Assembly: GCA_964562815.1 (NCBI GenBank)
Contig: CAZLUX010000004.1
Location: forward strand, 1-43,024
Direction of reading: 5' to 3'
DNA length: 43,024 bases
Source of the DNA: an uncultured Enterobacteriaceae bacterium
GTDB lineage: Bacteria; Pseudomonadota; Gammaproteobacteria; Burkholderiales; SG8-39
Shown: one piece after another, positions 8,701 to 18,229 of the stretch
How positions within the stretch are numbered: position 1 is the stretch's first letter
How the letters are laid out: the number at the start of each line of letters is the position of its first letter
Position numbers and translations under genes: made by a program
The notes under the pieces: model-generated
Told to the model about the DNA's origin: nothing
Seen by the model: the letters and a program-made list of their open reading frames with translations, nothing else
Databases searched by the model: none

Positions 8701-10377
8701 ATGACGACGACCGGCTCACATCTTCTGACGCGCGCTTTGCGGCAGGAAGGGGTCGACACGATCTTCACGCTCGCGGGAGACCACATCCTGCCGTTGCTCG
8801 ATCTGCTGGCCGACGAGGGCTTCCGGCTGATCGACTGCCGCCACGAGCAGGCGGCGGTGCACATGGCCGACGCCTGGGGGCGGATCACGGGGCGGCTCGG
8901 GGTGTGCGCCTTCACGACGCCGGGCCACGCCAACGCGATTCCCGGGCTGGTCAATGCCCTCGCCGCCGAGAGCCCGGTGCTCAACATCGCGGGCTCCTCC
9001 GACCTGCGCAACTATCACCGCGGCATCATGCAGGAGATCGATCAGGTGGGTCTCGCGCGCCCGGCGACCAAAGGCGCGTGGCTGGTGCACGACGCGCGGC
9101 GCATCCCGGACATGGTGGCGACCGCGGTTCGCACCGCCTTCGAGGGGCGGCGGGGGCCGGTGCACCTGACGGTTCCCGTCGACGTACAGACTCAGCGTGT
9201 CGAGGAAGCCGAAGTCGGGTTCTTCGATGCGACCGCCTATCGGCCGCAGGCTCCGCGCCCGGCCGCGGACGCGCAGATCGGCGCGGCGCTGCAGCTCCTG
9301 CGCGCGGCCAAGCGGCCGCTGATCGTCGCCGGCACGCCGGCGGCCTACGGCGACTGGGGGGATTCGCTGGCGCGGCTGATCGAAATCACCAGGCTGCCGA
9401 TGATGACCGAGGAGGCCGCGCGCGGCATCGTTGCCGACGACCATCCGTACTGCTTCGGCTTCTTCGACCTGTCGCAGCACCAGCCGGCGAACCTGGTCCG
9501 GGAAGCCGACGTGGTGCTCTTGCTGGGCAAGCTGCTCGATTTCACCGTCGGCTTCGGCCTGCCGCCGATCGTGGCGCAGAACGCGAAGCTGATCCAGGTC
9601 GACCCGGCCGCCGTGCAGGTCGGGCGCAACCGGGGCGTCGAGGTCGGCATCGTCGGCGACATCGGGCCGGTGGTGGATCAGCTCGCCGCCGCGGCGGCGT
9701 CGATGCCGTGGCGTGAGCTGCCGTGGCTCGAGCGCCTGCGCGAGGTGCGCGTGGCCGAGCGCGCGCGCATCGAGGCATTCGCGACCGAAGAGGCGCCGCT
9801 GCGCTCGATGTTCGTGCACAAGACGCTCGCCGCGACGCTGCGCCCGGACGACGTGCTGGTCTTCGACGGCGGCGACTTTGCCTACTACGCGCGCGCCTAC
9901 CTGCCGGCCCTGCGGCCGCGTTCCTGGTATTACCTTCCCAGCCTGGGCATGCTGGGCCAGGCGGTGCCGACCGCGATTGCGGCCAAGCTCGCGCGCCCCG
10001 GCAGCCGCGTCTTCTGCATCACGGGCGACGGCTCGTTCGGCTTCAACGGCATGGAGCTCGACACCGCGGTGCGGCACGGCCTGGACATCGTGGTGCTGCT
10101 GGGCAACGACGCGGCCTGGGGCATCGACAAGAACATCCAGATCGGGCTGTACGGCAAGCCTGTCATCACCGACCTCGCGCCGTCGCGCTACGACCGGGTC
10201 GCAGAGGGCCTCGGTGCCCACGGCGAGCTGGTCGAGCGCCCGGAGCAGCTCGCCCCGGCGCTCGAGCGCGCCCTGGCGGCGGGGCGTCCGGCGCTGCTCA
10301 ACATCCAGGTGCAGAGCCAGATCAGCATGCGCGCGCAGGGCATCGTCGACAGCCGCAGGAAGGGCGGGGCGTTCTGA
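8701..10377 (+). CDS. Thiamine pyrophosphate-binding protein (acetolactate synthase / benzoylformate decarboxylase superfamily)
   Basis: 558 aa. N-terminal TPP_enzyme_N-like TGSHLLTRALRQEGVDTIFTLAGDHILPL. C-terminal TPP-Mg motif GDGSFGFNGMELDTAVRHGLDIVVLLGNDAAWG. Confidence 0.9.
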   Translation: MTTTGSHLLTRALRQEGVDTIFTLAGDHILPLLDLLADEGFRLIDCRHEQAAVHMADAWGRITGRLGVCAFTTPGHANAIPGLVNALAAESPVLNIAGSSDLRNYHRGIMQEIDQVGLARPATKGAWLVHDARRIPDMVATAVRTAFEGRRGPVHLTVPVDVQTQRVEEAEVGFFDATAYRPQAPRPAADAQIGAALQLLRAAKRPLIVAGTPAAYGDWGDSLARLIEITRLPMMTEEAARGIVADDHPYCFGFFDLSQHQPANLVREADVVLLLGKLLDFTVGFGLPPIVAQNAKLIQVDPAAVQVGRNRGVEVGIVGDIGPVVDQLAAAAASMPWRELPWLERLREVRVAERARIEAFATEEAPLRSMFVHKTLAATLRPDDVLVFDGGDFAYYARAYLPALRPRSWYYLPSLGMLGQAVPTAIAAKLARPGSRVFCITGDGSFGFNGMELDTAVRHGLDIVVLLGNDAAWGIDKNIQIGLYGKPVITDLAPSRYDRVAEGLGAHGELVERPEQLAPALERALAAGRPALLNIQVQSQISMRAQGIVDSRRKGGAF

Positions 10378-10378
10378 G

Positions 10379-11440
10379 ATGACCGGCCGGATCATCGTTT
10401 ACGGCATCGGCGCCATCGGCGGCCAGGCCGCCGCAAGGCTGCACAGTGCGGGCCACGACGTCGTCGCCGTCGAGCCCTGGGTCGCGCAGCGCGAGGCGGT
10501 GGCGCGCGAGGGGTTGCGTATCGCCAATCTCGACGGCAGCGTGGAGCGGCACTACCCGCCGGTCGTTGCGCCGGAGGAACTGCGCGGACAGGCGGAGCTG
10601 TGCCTGCTCGCGGTGAAGTCCTACGATACCGAGGCGGCGCTCGAGCACGTGCTGCCGAACTTGGCCGCAGATGCGCCGATCGTGAGCCTGCAGAACTCGA
10701 TCAACGAAGAGTGGATCGCTCCGCGCGCGGGGGCGCAGCGCGTCCTGGGCGGCGTGGTGCTGGTCAACGCGGTGTTGCTCGAGCCCGGGCTGGTGACGGC
10801 GACGGCCTCGGTCAGCCGCGCCACGGCGGGCGTGCGCCTGCCGGGGCTCTACGTCGGCGAGTATCTGCGCCCGCCCGGTGAGCAGGCGCGGCGGATCGCC
10901 GCGCTGATGGACGCGGTGTGGCCCTCCGAGGTGATCGAAGACCTGATGCACGAGCGCTGGACCAAGCTGCTCACCAACACCGCGCTCAACCCGGTCTCCG
11001 GCATCGCCGGCCTGCGCTCCGCGGCGATGCTCGCCGACACCGCGGCGCGCCGCGCGATCGTGCACATCGCGGCCGAGGTGCTGCAGGCCGCGACCGCCGA
11101 AGGCCATCCCTTCGAGCGCGTGATGGGCGACTTCAGCGCGGCCGAGGTGCTCGAGGGCGCCGCGGATCGCTCGGACGCGTTCGAGCGCGGGCTCGCCGAG
11201 CGCGCCTCGCGCGTCAGCGCCGACGCGGCGACTTCGCTCTACCAGGACGTCCTGCGCGGGCGCCGCACCGAGGTCGACTATTTCAGCGGCCTGGTGGCGG
11301 CGAAGGCCCGCGCGCACGGCCTCGCCGCGCCCTGGTGCGAGGCGGCCACCTCGCTGGTGCACGAGGTCGAGCAGGGGCGGCGCCGCCCCGACCCGTCGAA
11401 TCTCGACGAGCTCGCGCGGCGCGCGCTCAGCGCCGCCTAG
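10379..11440 (+). CDS. Ketopantoate reductase family protein (PanE/ApbA-like 2-dehydropantoate 2-reductase)
   Basis: ATG at 10379 lies 1 nt after the TPP-enzyme stop and is in frame with track ORF 9713..11440. N-terminus MTGRIIVYGIGAIGG (Rossmann fold) and C-terminal SLYQDVLRGRRTEVDYFSG motif typical of ApbA_C. Confidence 0.85.
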   Translation: MTGRIIVYGIGAIGGQAAARLHSAGHDVVAVEPWVAQREAVAREGLRIANLDGSVERHYPPVVAPEELRGQAELCLLAVKSYDTEAALEHVLPNLAADAPIVSLQNSINEEWIAPRAGAQRVLGGVVLVNAVLLEPGLVTATASVSRATAGVRLPGLYVGEYLRPPGEQARRIAALMDAVWPSEVIEDLMHERWTKLLTNTALNPVSGIAGLRSAAMLADTAARRAIVHIAAEVLQAATAEGHPFERVMGDFSAAEVLEGAADRSDAFERGLAERASRVSADAATSLYQDVLRGRRTEVDYFSGLVAAKARAHGLAAPWCEAATSLVHEVEQGRRRPDPSNLDELARRALSAA

Positions 11441-12623
11441 AAGCGGGCACGGACTCCGTCTCGGTGCGCGGATCCAGCTGCAGCAGCGCCTGCGACGAAT
11501 CCGCCATCGGCACGTAGCCGTAAGGCTCGCCCACCGGCCGCCGCGTCACCAGCTTGTAGCGATACAGCGCGTAGGCCCCCGCCGCGCAAAGCACCAGCGC
11601 GAAATACACGAGCAGGCTCCCCGGCCCCAGTGTCTGCATGAGAAAGCCGGCGGCCGAGGGCCCGATCACGGCGCCGATGCCGTGCAGCAGGAGTAGCGTT
11701 CCGGTCGCTTCCAGGACGCGCGCCGGCTCGAGCAGGTCGTTGACGTGCGCGACGCTGATGCCGTACACGGTGAACGCTAGGCCGCCGTAGAAGAACGCGA
11801 CCGTCAGGAGCAACGGCCCGGAGAAGCGCTCGGCGAAGAACGCCAGCGCGGCGAGCAGAGCGGCGCTGGCGCAGACCGCGGCGAGCACGAGGCGCCGGTC
11901 GCGGCGATCCGAGAGCTGGCCGATCGGCCACTGCAGCAGCGCCCCGCCGATGATCGTCGCGCTCATGAACGCCGCGACGCCGGCTTCGTCCATGCCGACC
12001 CGCTGGGCGAACACGGCGCCCATGCCGAAGAACGCGCCGTTAAGCAGCCCCGAGGCGAGCGCGCCGACGAAGCCGACCGGCGCGACCGCGAACAGGCGGC
12101 GCAAGGCGGGCCGCGGCGCGGCGACGGGCGGCGGCTCGCGCACGCGAGTGAGCGCGACCGGCACCAGGGCGAGCGAGAGCAGAATCGAGACCAGCGCGAA
12201 GGGCGTAAAGCCGACCACGTCTCCGATCAGGATCAGGTACTGGCCCAAGGCCAGGGCGCCGAGGGTGGTCGCCATGTACGCGGCGAAAATCTTGCCGCGC
12301 CCCGAGTTGGGTGCGAGCTGGTTGAGCCAGCTCTCGATCACCATGTACAAGCCGACCACGCAGGCGCCGGTGAGCAGTCGCAGCGCGCCCCAGGCCCAGG
12401 GCGTGAGCACCAGCGCGTGCAGGATCGGCATCGTCGAGGCCACCGAAGCCATCGCGGCGAAGGCGCGGATGTGCCCCGCGCGGCGGATGATCGCCGGGCA
12501 GACGTAGGTGCCGAGAATGAATCCGGCGAAGTAGGCCGACATCACCAGTCCGGTGACCGTCACCGGATACCCCATCAGTCCGGCGCGCAGGCCGAGCGCG
12601 GTGAATAGCAGGCCGATCCCCAC
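11427..12623 (-). CDS. MFS transporter (true N-terminus probably about 16 codons further upstream; see findings)
   Basis: 398 aa of multi-helix hydrophobic sequence with an MFS-like loop (IIRRAGHIRAF). The frame stays open upstream of the GTG at 12623 and encodes LLRPVLSLFTGIAILV with no canonical start codon. Confidence 0.85.
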   Translation of the reverse strand: MGIGLLFTALGLRAGLMGYPVTVTGLVMSAYFAGFILGTYVCPAIIRRAGHIRAFAAMASVASTMPILHALVLTPWAWGALRLLTGACVVGLYMVIESWLNQLAPNSGRGKIFAAYMATTLGALALGQYLILIGDVVGFTPFALVSILLSLALVPVALTRVREPPPVAAPRPALRRLFAVAPVGFVGALASGLLNGAFFGMGAVFAQRVGMDEAGVAAFMSATIIGGALLQWPIGQLSDRRDRRLVLAAVCASAALLAALAFFAERFSGPLLLTVAFFYGGLAFTVYGISVAHVNDLLEPARVLEATGTLLLLHGIGAVIGPSAAGFLMQTLGPGSLLVYFALVLCAAGAYALYRYKLVTRRPVGEPYGYVPMADSSQALLQLDPRTETESVPASRRR

Positions 12624-12690
12624 GACGAGGATCGCGATGCCGGTGAACAGCGAAAGGACGGGTCTTAGCAGGGCGCCCCGCGCGACAGCA

Positions 12691-13422
12691 CTAGATGCCG
12701 AGATAGTACTGCTTGATCATGTCGTTGCTTTCGAGCGCGAGCGCGCTCTCGCCCTCGAACTCGATCTGGCCGTGGACGATGATGTAGCCGCGGTCGGCCA
12801 TCCGGATCGCCTGGTTGAAGTTCTGCTCGGCCATCAGCACGGTGAGATTGCGCAGCTCCTTGAGTTCCTTGATCTTGCTGATCATCTGGTGCACGAGCAG
12901 TGGTGATAGCCCGACCGACGGTTCGTCCACCAGCAGCAGGTGAGGCTCGGACATCAGGGCGCGTGCGATGGCGACCATCTGCTGCTCGCCCCCGCTCATG
13001 CTGCCCGCGGTCTGCCCGCGACGCTGCTTGAGGCGGGGGAAGACCTCGTAGGCGAATTCGAGATTGTGCGCGAGCTTCGTCCGGGCGCCCCGGCGGTAGG
13101 CGCCGAGGATCAGGTTCTCCTCCACCGTCAGCGTCGGAAACAGGCGGCGTCCCTCCGGCACCAGCGCGATGCCGAGCTCGACCACCTGCTGCGGGCTCCT
13201 GCCGACCAGGTCGATGCGCTCGCCGTCGCGCTCGAGGTAGATCGCGCCGGCGGTGGGCCGCACGATACCCATGATGCACTTGATGAGCGTGCTCTTGCCG
13301 TTGCCGTTCGAGCCGAGCAGGACCACGCCCTCGCCTTCCTCGACGCGGATCGACAGTCCGTGCAGCACCCTTACCGCCCCGTAACCGGCCTCGATCCCTT
13401 CCGCGACGAGCCTATTCGCCAA
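12691..13422 (-). CDS. livF: Branched-chain amino acid-type ABC transporter ATP-binding protein (LivF-like)
   Basis: 243 aa with a TTG start. Walker A GSNGNGKST, signature SGGEQQMVAIARAL, Walker B LLLVDEPSVGL. It is the last gene of a five-gene Liv-type operon. Confidence 0.9.
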   Translation of the reverse strand: MANRLVAEGIEAGYGAVRVLHGLSIRVEEGEGVVLLGSNGNGKSTLIKCIMGIVRPTAGAIYLERDGERIDLVGRSPQQVVELGIALVPEGRRLFPTLTVEENLILGAYRRGARTKLAHNLEFAYEVFPRLKQRRGQTAGSMSGGEQQMVAIARALMSEPHLLLVDEPSVGLSPLLVHQMISKIKELKELRNLTVLMAEQNFNQAIRMADRGYIIVHGQIEFEGESALALESNDMIKQYYLGI

Positions 13423-14137
13423 GGTAGGCCCTCTCGACGTGGGGGTTGCGCACGATCTCGGCGGGCACGCCTTCGGCGATCTTCTGCCCCGCGTCGAGCA
13501 CCACGATGCGCTCGGAAAACCGCATCACGGCGCGCATGATGTGCTCGATCATGATGACCGCGACGCCGCGCTTGTTCAGCGCCAGCAGGATCTCGAGGAT
13601 CTCGTCGACCTCCGAGCTGGACAGGCCGGCCATCGCCTCGTCCGACACCAGCAGCCTCGGTTTGGCGGCGAGCGCGCGCGCGAGCTCGAGCTTGCGCATG
13701 TCGACCTGGGTCAGCCCGGCGGAATTTTCGTGCGCGCGCCCCTTGAGGCCGATCTGCTCGAGCACGTCCATGGCCTCGTCCGTGACGCGCCGATGCTCGG
13801 CGCGCGACCAGGCTGCATATTCCAGCGGCACGCGCAGGTTCTCCAGCACCGACATGCTGCGGAACGGCTTGGGAATCTGAAAGCTGCGCGCGACGCCAAG
13901 CCGCGCACGCTGGTGCGGCGCCATTCGCGTGATGTCGCGCCCTTCGAAAGTGATCGTGCCCTCGTCGTTGAGTAGCGCGCCCGAGATGCAGTTGATGAGC
14001 GTCGTCTTGCCCGAGCCGTTCGGGCCGATCAGGCCGAGCCGCTCGCCGGCGTTCACGTGCACGTCGACCTTCTGCAGTGCGACGAAGCCGCCGAAACGCT
14101 TGGTGACGCCCCTGACGTCGAGGACCGGGCCGCTCAT
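13412..14137 (-). CDS. livG: Branched-chain amino acid-type ABC transporter ATP-binding protein (LivG-like)
   Basis: The internal ATG at 14135-14137 (MSGPVLDVRGVTKRFGG) forms an ATGA overlap with the livM-like stop. Walker A GPNGSGKTT; Walker B LLVSDEAMAGL. The longer 360-aa track ORF has an Arg-rich, non-protein-like N-terminus. Confidence 0.9.
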   Translation of the reverse strand: MSGPVLDVRGVTKRFGGFVALQKVDVHVNAGERLGLIGPNGSGKTTLINCISGALLNDEGTITFEGRDITRMAPHQRARLGVARSFQIPKPFRSMSVLENLRVPLEYAAWSRAEHRRVTDEAMDVLEQIGLKGRAHENSAGLTQVDMRKLELARALAAKPRLLVSDEAMAGLSSSEVDEILEILLALNKRGVAVIMIEHIMRAVMRFSERIVVLDAGQKIAEGVPAEIVRNPHVERAYLGE

Positions 14138-15090
14138 CTCGTGCGCCTCCGCCAGTACTTCTGCACCAGTCCGACGATGCCTTGCGGCGCCAGCGTGACG
14201 AAGCCCACCAGCATCACTCCGACCAAGAGCACATTGAGCTCGGAGGACACGGTGACGGTGATGACCTGCTGCATCGAGCCGAGGAGCACTGCGCCGATCA
14301 CGGGGCCGATCCAGTGCGAGGTGCCTCCTATCATGGGCATGGCGATGGCGTTCACCGCCACGAAGAGGCTGAACGCGGAGGCCGGATCGACGAAGGTGAC
14401 GAAGAAGGGGTAGGGCGCGCCGGCGACGCCCATCAGGGCGCCCATCAGCGTCGTGGAAATCAGCTTCAGGCGCAGCGTCGGCACGCCGGCGCACTCAGCC
14501 GCGACCTCGTCGTCCCGGATCGCGGCGAGCCCGTGGCCGAGCCTTGACGTATTGAGGTGGCGCGAGATCGCTACCGCGCCCAGGGTGAGCAGCAGCATCA
14601 CCATGAACAGCATCTGGATATAGCTGTGGAACCAGAGGTAGGTGTCCGGCGTCAGGATGTAGGCTCCGCGCGCGCCGCCCATGTAGCGCCAGTTGCTGAT
14701 CAGGGTCGCGAACACGATCGCCATCGCCAGCGTGGCGATCGAGAAATAGACGCCCTTCAGGCGCAGGCTGAGGTAGCCGACGCCCAGTCCGATCAGCGCG
14801 CAAACCGCGGCCGCGGCGGCGATCAGCACCGGCAGTGGCAGGGTGTGGCCGAAGTACTTGTCGAGGAAGATCGAGGTGTAGGCGCCGACCGCGAAGAATC
14901 CGGCGCTGCCGAAATTCACGTAGCCGGTGAACCCGCCGAGGATGTTCCAGGCCACCGCCATCAGCGTGCCCTGCAGGATCACGTACAGCGCGTTGAAATA
15001 GTAGTCGTTGTGCAGCACTTCCGTGAGCACCAGTCCGCCGCCGACGACCGCGGCGCAGCTCAGCCAGAATGCGTTGACGCGCAGCTTCAT
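14134..15090 (-). CDS. livM: Branched-chain amino acid-type ABC transporter permease (LivM-like)
   Basis: 318 aa polytopic membrane protein. ATG directly abuts the livH-like stop. Position and composition are typical of LivM. Confidence 0.9.
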   Translation of the reverse strand: MKLRVNAFWLSCAAVVGGGLVLTEVLHNDYYFNALYVILQGTLMAVAWNILGGFTGYVNFGSAGFFAVGAYTSIFLDKYFGHTLPLPVLIAAAAAVCALIGLGVGYLSLRLKGVYFSIATLAMAIVFATLISNWRYMGGARGAYILTPDTYLWFHSYIQMLFMVMLLLTLGAVAISRHLNTSRLGHGLAAIRDDEVAAECAGVPTLRLKLISTTLMGALMGVAGAPYPFFVTFVDPASAFSLFVAVNAIAMPMIGGTSHWIGPVIGAVLLGSMQQVITVTVSSELNVLLVGVMLVGFVTLAPQGIVGLVQKYWRRRTR

Positions 15091-15966
15091 CTAGCGCCTG
15101 CCGAACAGTCCGGAAGGCCGCAGCGCCAGCGTCAGCAGCAGCACGCCGAAGGCCACCGCCGGGGCCCAGGACGGGCCGGCGAAGGTCGAGACCACGCTTT
15201 CGACGACTCCCAGGATCATCGCGGCGATGAACATGCCGCTGATGCTGCCCATGCCGCCCAGGACCACGATCGCGAAGACGCGCCCGATGTAGTCGCGTCC
15301 GATCGACGGCTCGACCGGACCGATCATGATCAGCAGCGAGCCCGCGATGGAGGTCGTCGCGATCGCCAGCCCGAACGCGAACTGCTTGATGCGCACCGGA
15401 TCCGCGCCCATCAACTGCAATGCGAGCGGATCCTGCGCGACGGCCAGGATCGCGCGGCCCGTGAAGGTGCGCGACAGGTAAAGCCATATCCCGCCGGTCA
15501 TGACGAGTGCGACGGCGAAGGGCACCAGCATCCGGAACGGAACCCCGACCCAGCCGAAATGGAGGCTCTTGCCGATGTAGCTCGCGCTCACGAGGCGATA
15601 GTCCACCCCGTACACCAGCATGAGGCCCACCTCGAGAATGAACATGACACCGAAGAAGAACGCCAGGCCGCTGAGCGACTCCTGGCCGGTGCGCTCGAAG
15701 GCGGCGTAGTAGATGCGGTACATCACCATGCCGACCAGGAAGAAGGCCGGCGCGGCGAGCACGCCGACCAGCACCGGGTCGAACCCGAACCGGCTGTTCA
15801 GGATCCAGGCGACGTACGAGCCGACGATGACGAACGCCGGGTGGGCGATGTTGACGATGTCGAGCTGGCCGAAGCTGATGGCGAGCCCGATCGACACGGC
15901 GGCATAGAAGCCGCCGAGCAGAATCCCCGCGACGAGGGCGTTCGAAAGGAGATCGACCGAAAGCAC
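15091..15966 (-). CDS. livH: Branched-chain amino acid-type ABC transporter permease (LivH-like)
   Basis: 291 aa polytopic membrane protein with a GTG start. MLSVDLLSNALVAGILLGGFYAAVSIGLAISFG is the typical LivH N-terminus. Confidence 0.9.
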   Translation of the reverse strand: MLSVDLLSNALVAGILLGGFYAAVSIGLAISFGQLDIVNIAHPAFVIVGSYVAWILNSRFGFDPVLVGVLAAPAFFLVGMVMYRIYYAAFERTGQESLSGLAFFFGVMFILEVGLMLVYGVDYRLVSASYIGKSLHFGWVGVPFRMLVPFAVALVMTGGIWLYLSRTFTGRAILAVAQDPLALQLMGADPVRIKQFAFGLAIATTSIAGSLLIMIGPVEPSIGRDYIGRVFAIVVLGGMGSISGMFIAAMILGVVESVVSTFAGPSWAPAVAFGVLLLTLALRPSGLFGRR

Positions 15967-15994
15967 CGTCGCGCGGGGCCCTGCTCAGGCAGGT

Positions 15995-17260
15995 TTACTT
16001 GTTGAAGGGATAGACCATGTTGCCCGACTTCCATTGCCGCGGGTAGAGCACGACCTGCGTTCCCTCCTTGCGGAACTGGTCGAGGTCGTTCGGCTTCACG
16101 TTGCGGAACTGGGTCATCAACACGCGGGTGTGCGCCCATTCGCCGTTGCTGCCGAACTTCACATTGCCGACCACGGTGCTGAAGGTGTGCTTGTGCATGT
16201 ATGCCGCGAGCTTGGCCTGGTCTGTGCCGTGGGTGGCTTCGATCGCCTGGCCCAGCACCTGCATGTAGGCGTAGGCGTACGGCGGCAGGTACTGACCGAG
16301 CGGATCGACGCCCTTGCCCTTGGCGGCTTCTTCGTACTTCTTCAGGAACTCGTTGACCCCGGGGAAGTTCAGCGTCTTGGCCGGAACCCAGAAGTGGTAG
16401 TTGACGATGTTGTCCAGCATCGGCCCGAGGTTCTTCTGGATGCCGGCGAACTGCAGCCCGACCATGCCGCCGCCGAACATTTTCGCCTTCAGCCCGACTT
16501 CGCGCGCGGCCTTGACCATGCCGACCGATCCGGGCGGATACGAGGCGACGTAGACGAGGTCGGGCTGCGCGGCCTGGATCGCGCGCACGATCGGGGTGAA
16601 GTCCGGTGTGCCGGGCGGATAGGTCTTGTCGTAGACGATCTTGAAGCCGTACTTCTTGGCGTTCACTTTGGCGCCGGCCGCGGCCGCGAGGGCGAAGTCG
16701 GAGTCCGCCGCGAGGATCGCCACGCTCTCCGGCTTGGGATGCTGTTCGGACGCGAGCTCGAAGAAGCCCTTGGACCAGTCGGTCTTCGGTTCCGGGCCGG
16801 CGGGCATGATCTGGAAGTAGCGGTTGTAGTGGAACTGGTCGTTGACCGCGAGCCCGAACAGCGACGGGAACACCAGCTTCTTGCGCATCACGATCGGCAT
16901 CGCCGGCGAGATCTCGTTGGTGCCGTAGCTGGACACCACGAGGTCGACCTTGTCCACATCGAGCAGCTTGGTGTAGATGCCGGGCACCGTGGACGGGTTG
17001 GTGGCGTCGTCGTAGTAGACGAATTGCACCGGCCGGCCGAGCAGGCCGCCCTTCTTGTTGATATCGTCCTTCCAGATCTCCATCGCGATCAACGCGGCCT
17101 TGCCGGCGCCGGCCAGGCCGCCGCTCAGCGCCATGCTGAAGCCGATCTTGAGCGGCTTCGCGGCCTGCGCCGGGAAGGATATGAGCGAGCCGGTCGCGGC
17201 CGCCAGGGCGATGACGCCCGAGGCCAGCGAGGCACGCATAAACGAACGACGCTTCATCAT
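15995..17260 (-). CDS. ABC transporter substrate-binding protein (LivK / Peripla_BP_6 family), exported
   Basis: I chose the ATG at 17258-17260 (MMKRRSFMRASLASGVIALAAATGSLISFPAQA), which gives a signal peptide and follows GGAGAGGAGGG. The mature part (KPLKIGFSMALSGGLAGAGKAA...) is typical of Leu/Ile/Val-type binding proteins. Confidence 0.9.
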   Translation of the reverse strand: MMKRRSFMRASLASGVIALAAATGSLISFPAQAAKPLKIGFSMALSGGLAGAGKAALIAMEIWKDDINKKGGLLGRPVQFVYYDDATNPSTVPGIYTKLLDVDKVDLVVSSYGTNEISPAMPIVMRKKLVFPSLFGLAVNDQFHYNRYFQIMPAGPEPKTDWSKGFFELASEQHPKPESVAILAADSDFALAAAAGAKVNAKKYGFKIVYDKTYPPGTPDFTPIVRAIQAAQPDLVYVASYPPGSVGMVKAAREVGLKAKMFGGGMVGLQFAGIQKNLGPMLDNIVNYHFWVPAKTLNFPGVNEFLKKYEEAAKGKGVDPLGQYLPPYAYAYMQVLGQAIEATHGTDQAKLAAYMHKHTFSTVVGNVKFGSNGEWAHTRVLMTQFRNVKPNDLDQFRKEGTQVVLYPRQWKSGNMVYPFNK

Positions 17261-17347
17261 TTCCGAGCCCTCCTCTCCAATGGTGATGACTACAGAAGTG
17301 TCCTCTATTCGACCGTCACGGGACTTGCGCAAAAGTGTATCAGCAAA

Positions 17348-18229
17348 TCAAGAATGCTGGGTCAGGTACCAGTCGAGGATCTGCTCCCCGGTCCAGAGCA
17401 GGACGCCGGGCCTGGCCTGAATATGCTGGTAGAGCTTTTCCAGCCAGCCGATCCGGTGCGGCACGCCCGTGATATAGGGATGCACGCTGATCGCCATCAC
17501 GCGCGTGACCGTCTCGCTTTCCTCGTACAGGCGGTCGAACTGCGCCGCGCCGCGCCTGAACATCTCGTCGGCGCTGTGGTGCTGAAGCGCCATCATCGGA
17601 ATGTCGTTGACTTCCAGCGTGTACGGCACCGAAACGATGTGCCCCTTCGTGGTGCGGATCTTCACCGGCTGATCGTCGAGCACCCAGTCCGCGACGTACT
17701 CGATGCCTTCTTCGTGAAGGATGTCGATCGTGTCGTAGGTTTCGGTCAGGCCGGGGCTTTCCCAGCCGCGCGGCGCCTTGCCGCTGAACGAGCGGATCAC
17801 TTCGATGGTGTCGCGGATCGCCTGGCGCTGGTCGGCGAGGGCATGCATCGGGCCCTGCAGGTAGCCGTGGCCCATGAATTCCCACTTCGCTTCGCGCGCG
17901 GCCTCGGCGATGCGCGGGTAGCTCTTCAGCACCGAGCCGTTGACCGCCATGGTCGGGGTCACCCCGCAGCGCGCGAGCACGTCGACGAAGCGCCAGAACC
18001 CCACCCGCATGCCGTACTCGTGCCAGGCCCAGTTCGGCAGATCCGGCTGCAGCGGTTGCCCCATCGGCGGCGGCAGCACCGTGCGCGGCATGTTGCGCTC
18101 GATCGACCACTCCTCGACGTTGACGATGGTCCATACCGCCATCCTCGCGCCGTCCGGCAGCTTGAGCGGCGGCCGGTCGACGATTGCGGAATAAGGCACG
18201 CGGTCTCGCGGCAGCTTGCTCTGCGACAT
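17348..18229 (-). CDS. Polysaccharide deacetylase-fold (NodB homology) family protein, PuuE-like
   Basis: Internal ATG at 18227-18229 (MSQSKLPRDRVPYSAIVDRPPLKLPDGARMAVWTIVNVEEW...) forms a TGATG junction with the upstream monooxygenase stop. WAWHEYGMRVGFWR and GHGY motifs resemble PuuE/deacetylase-fold proteins. The 527-aa track ORF is an artefactual extension. Confidence 0.8.
   Translation of the reverse strand: MSQSKLPRDRVPYSAIVDRPPLKLPDGARMAVWTIVNVEEWSIERNMPRTVLPPPMGQPLQPDLPNWAWHEYGMRVGFWRFVDVLARCGVTPTMAVNGSVLKSYPRIAEAAREAKWEFMGHGYLQGPMHALADQRQAIRDTIEVIRSFSGKAPRGWESPGLTETYDTIDILHEEGIEYVADWVLDDQPVKIRTTKGHIVSVPYTLEVNDIPMMALQHHSADEMFRRGAAQFDRLYEESETVTRVMAISVHPYITGVPHRIGWLEKLYQHIQARPGVLLWTGEQILDWYLTQHS

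Noticed and set aside
8716-10395. A 559-aa minus-strand ORF mirroring the TPP-enzyme gene.
   Set aside because: The plus-strand frame has the TPP-binding GDGS...N motif. The antisense product is low-complexity.
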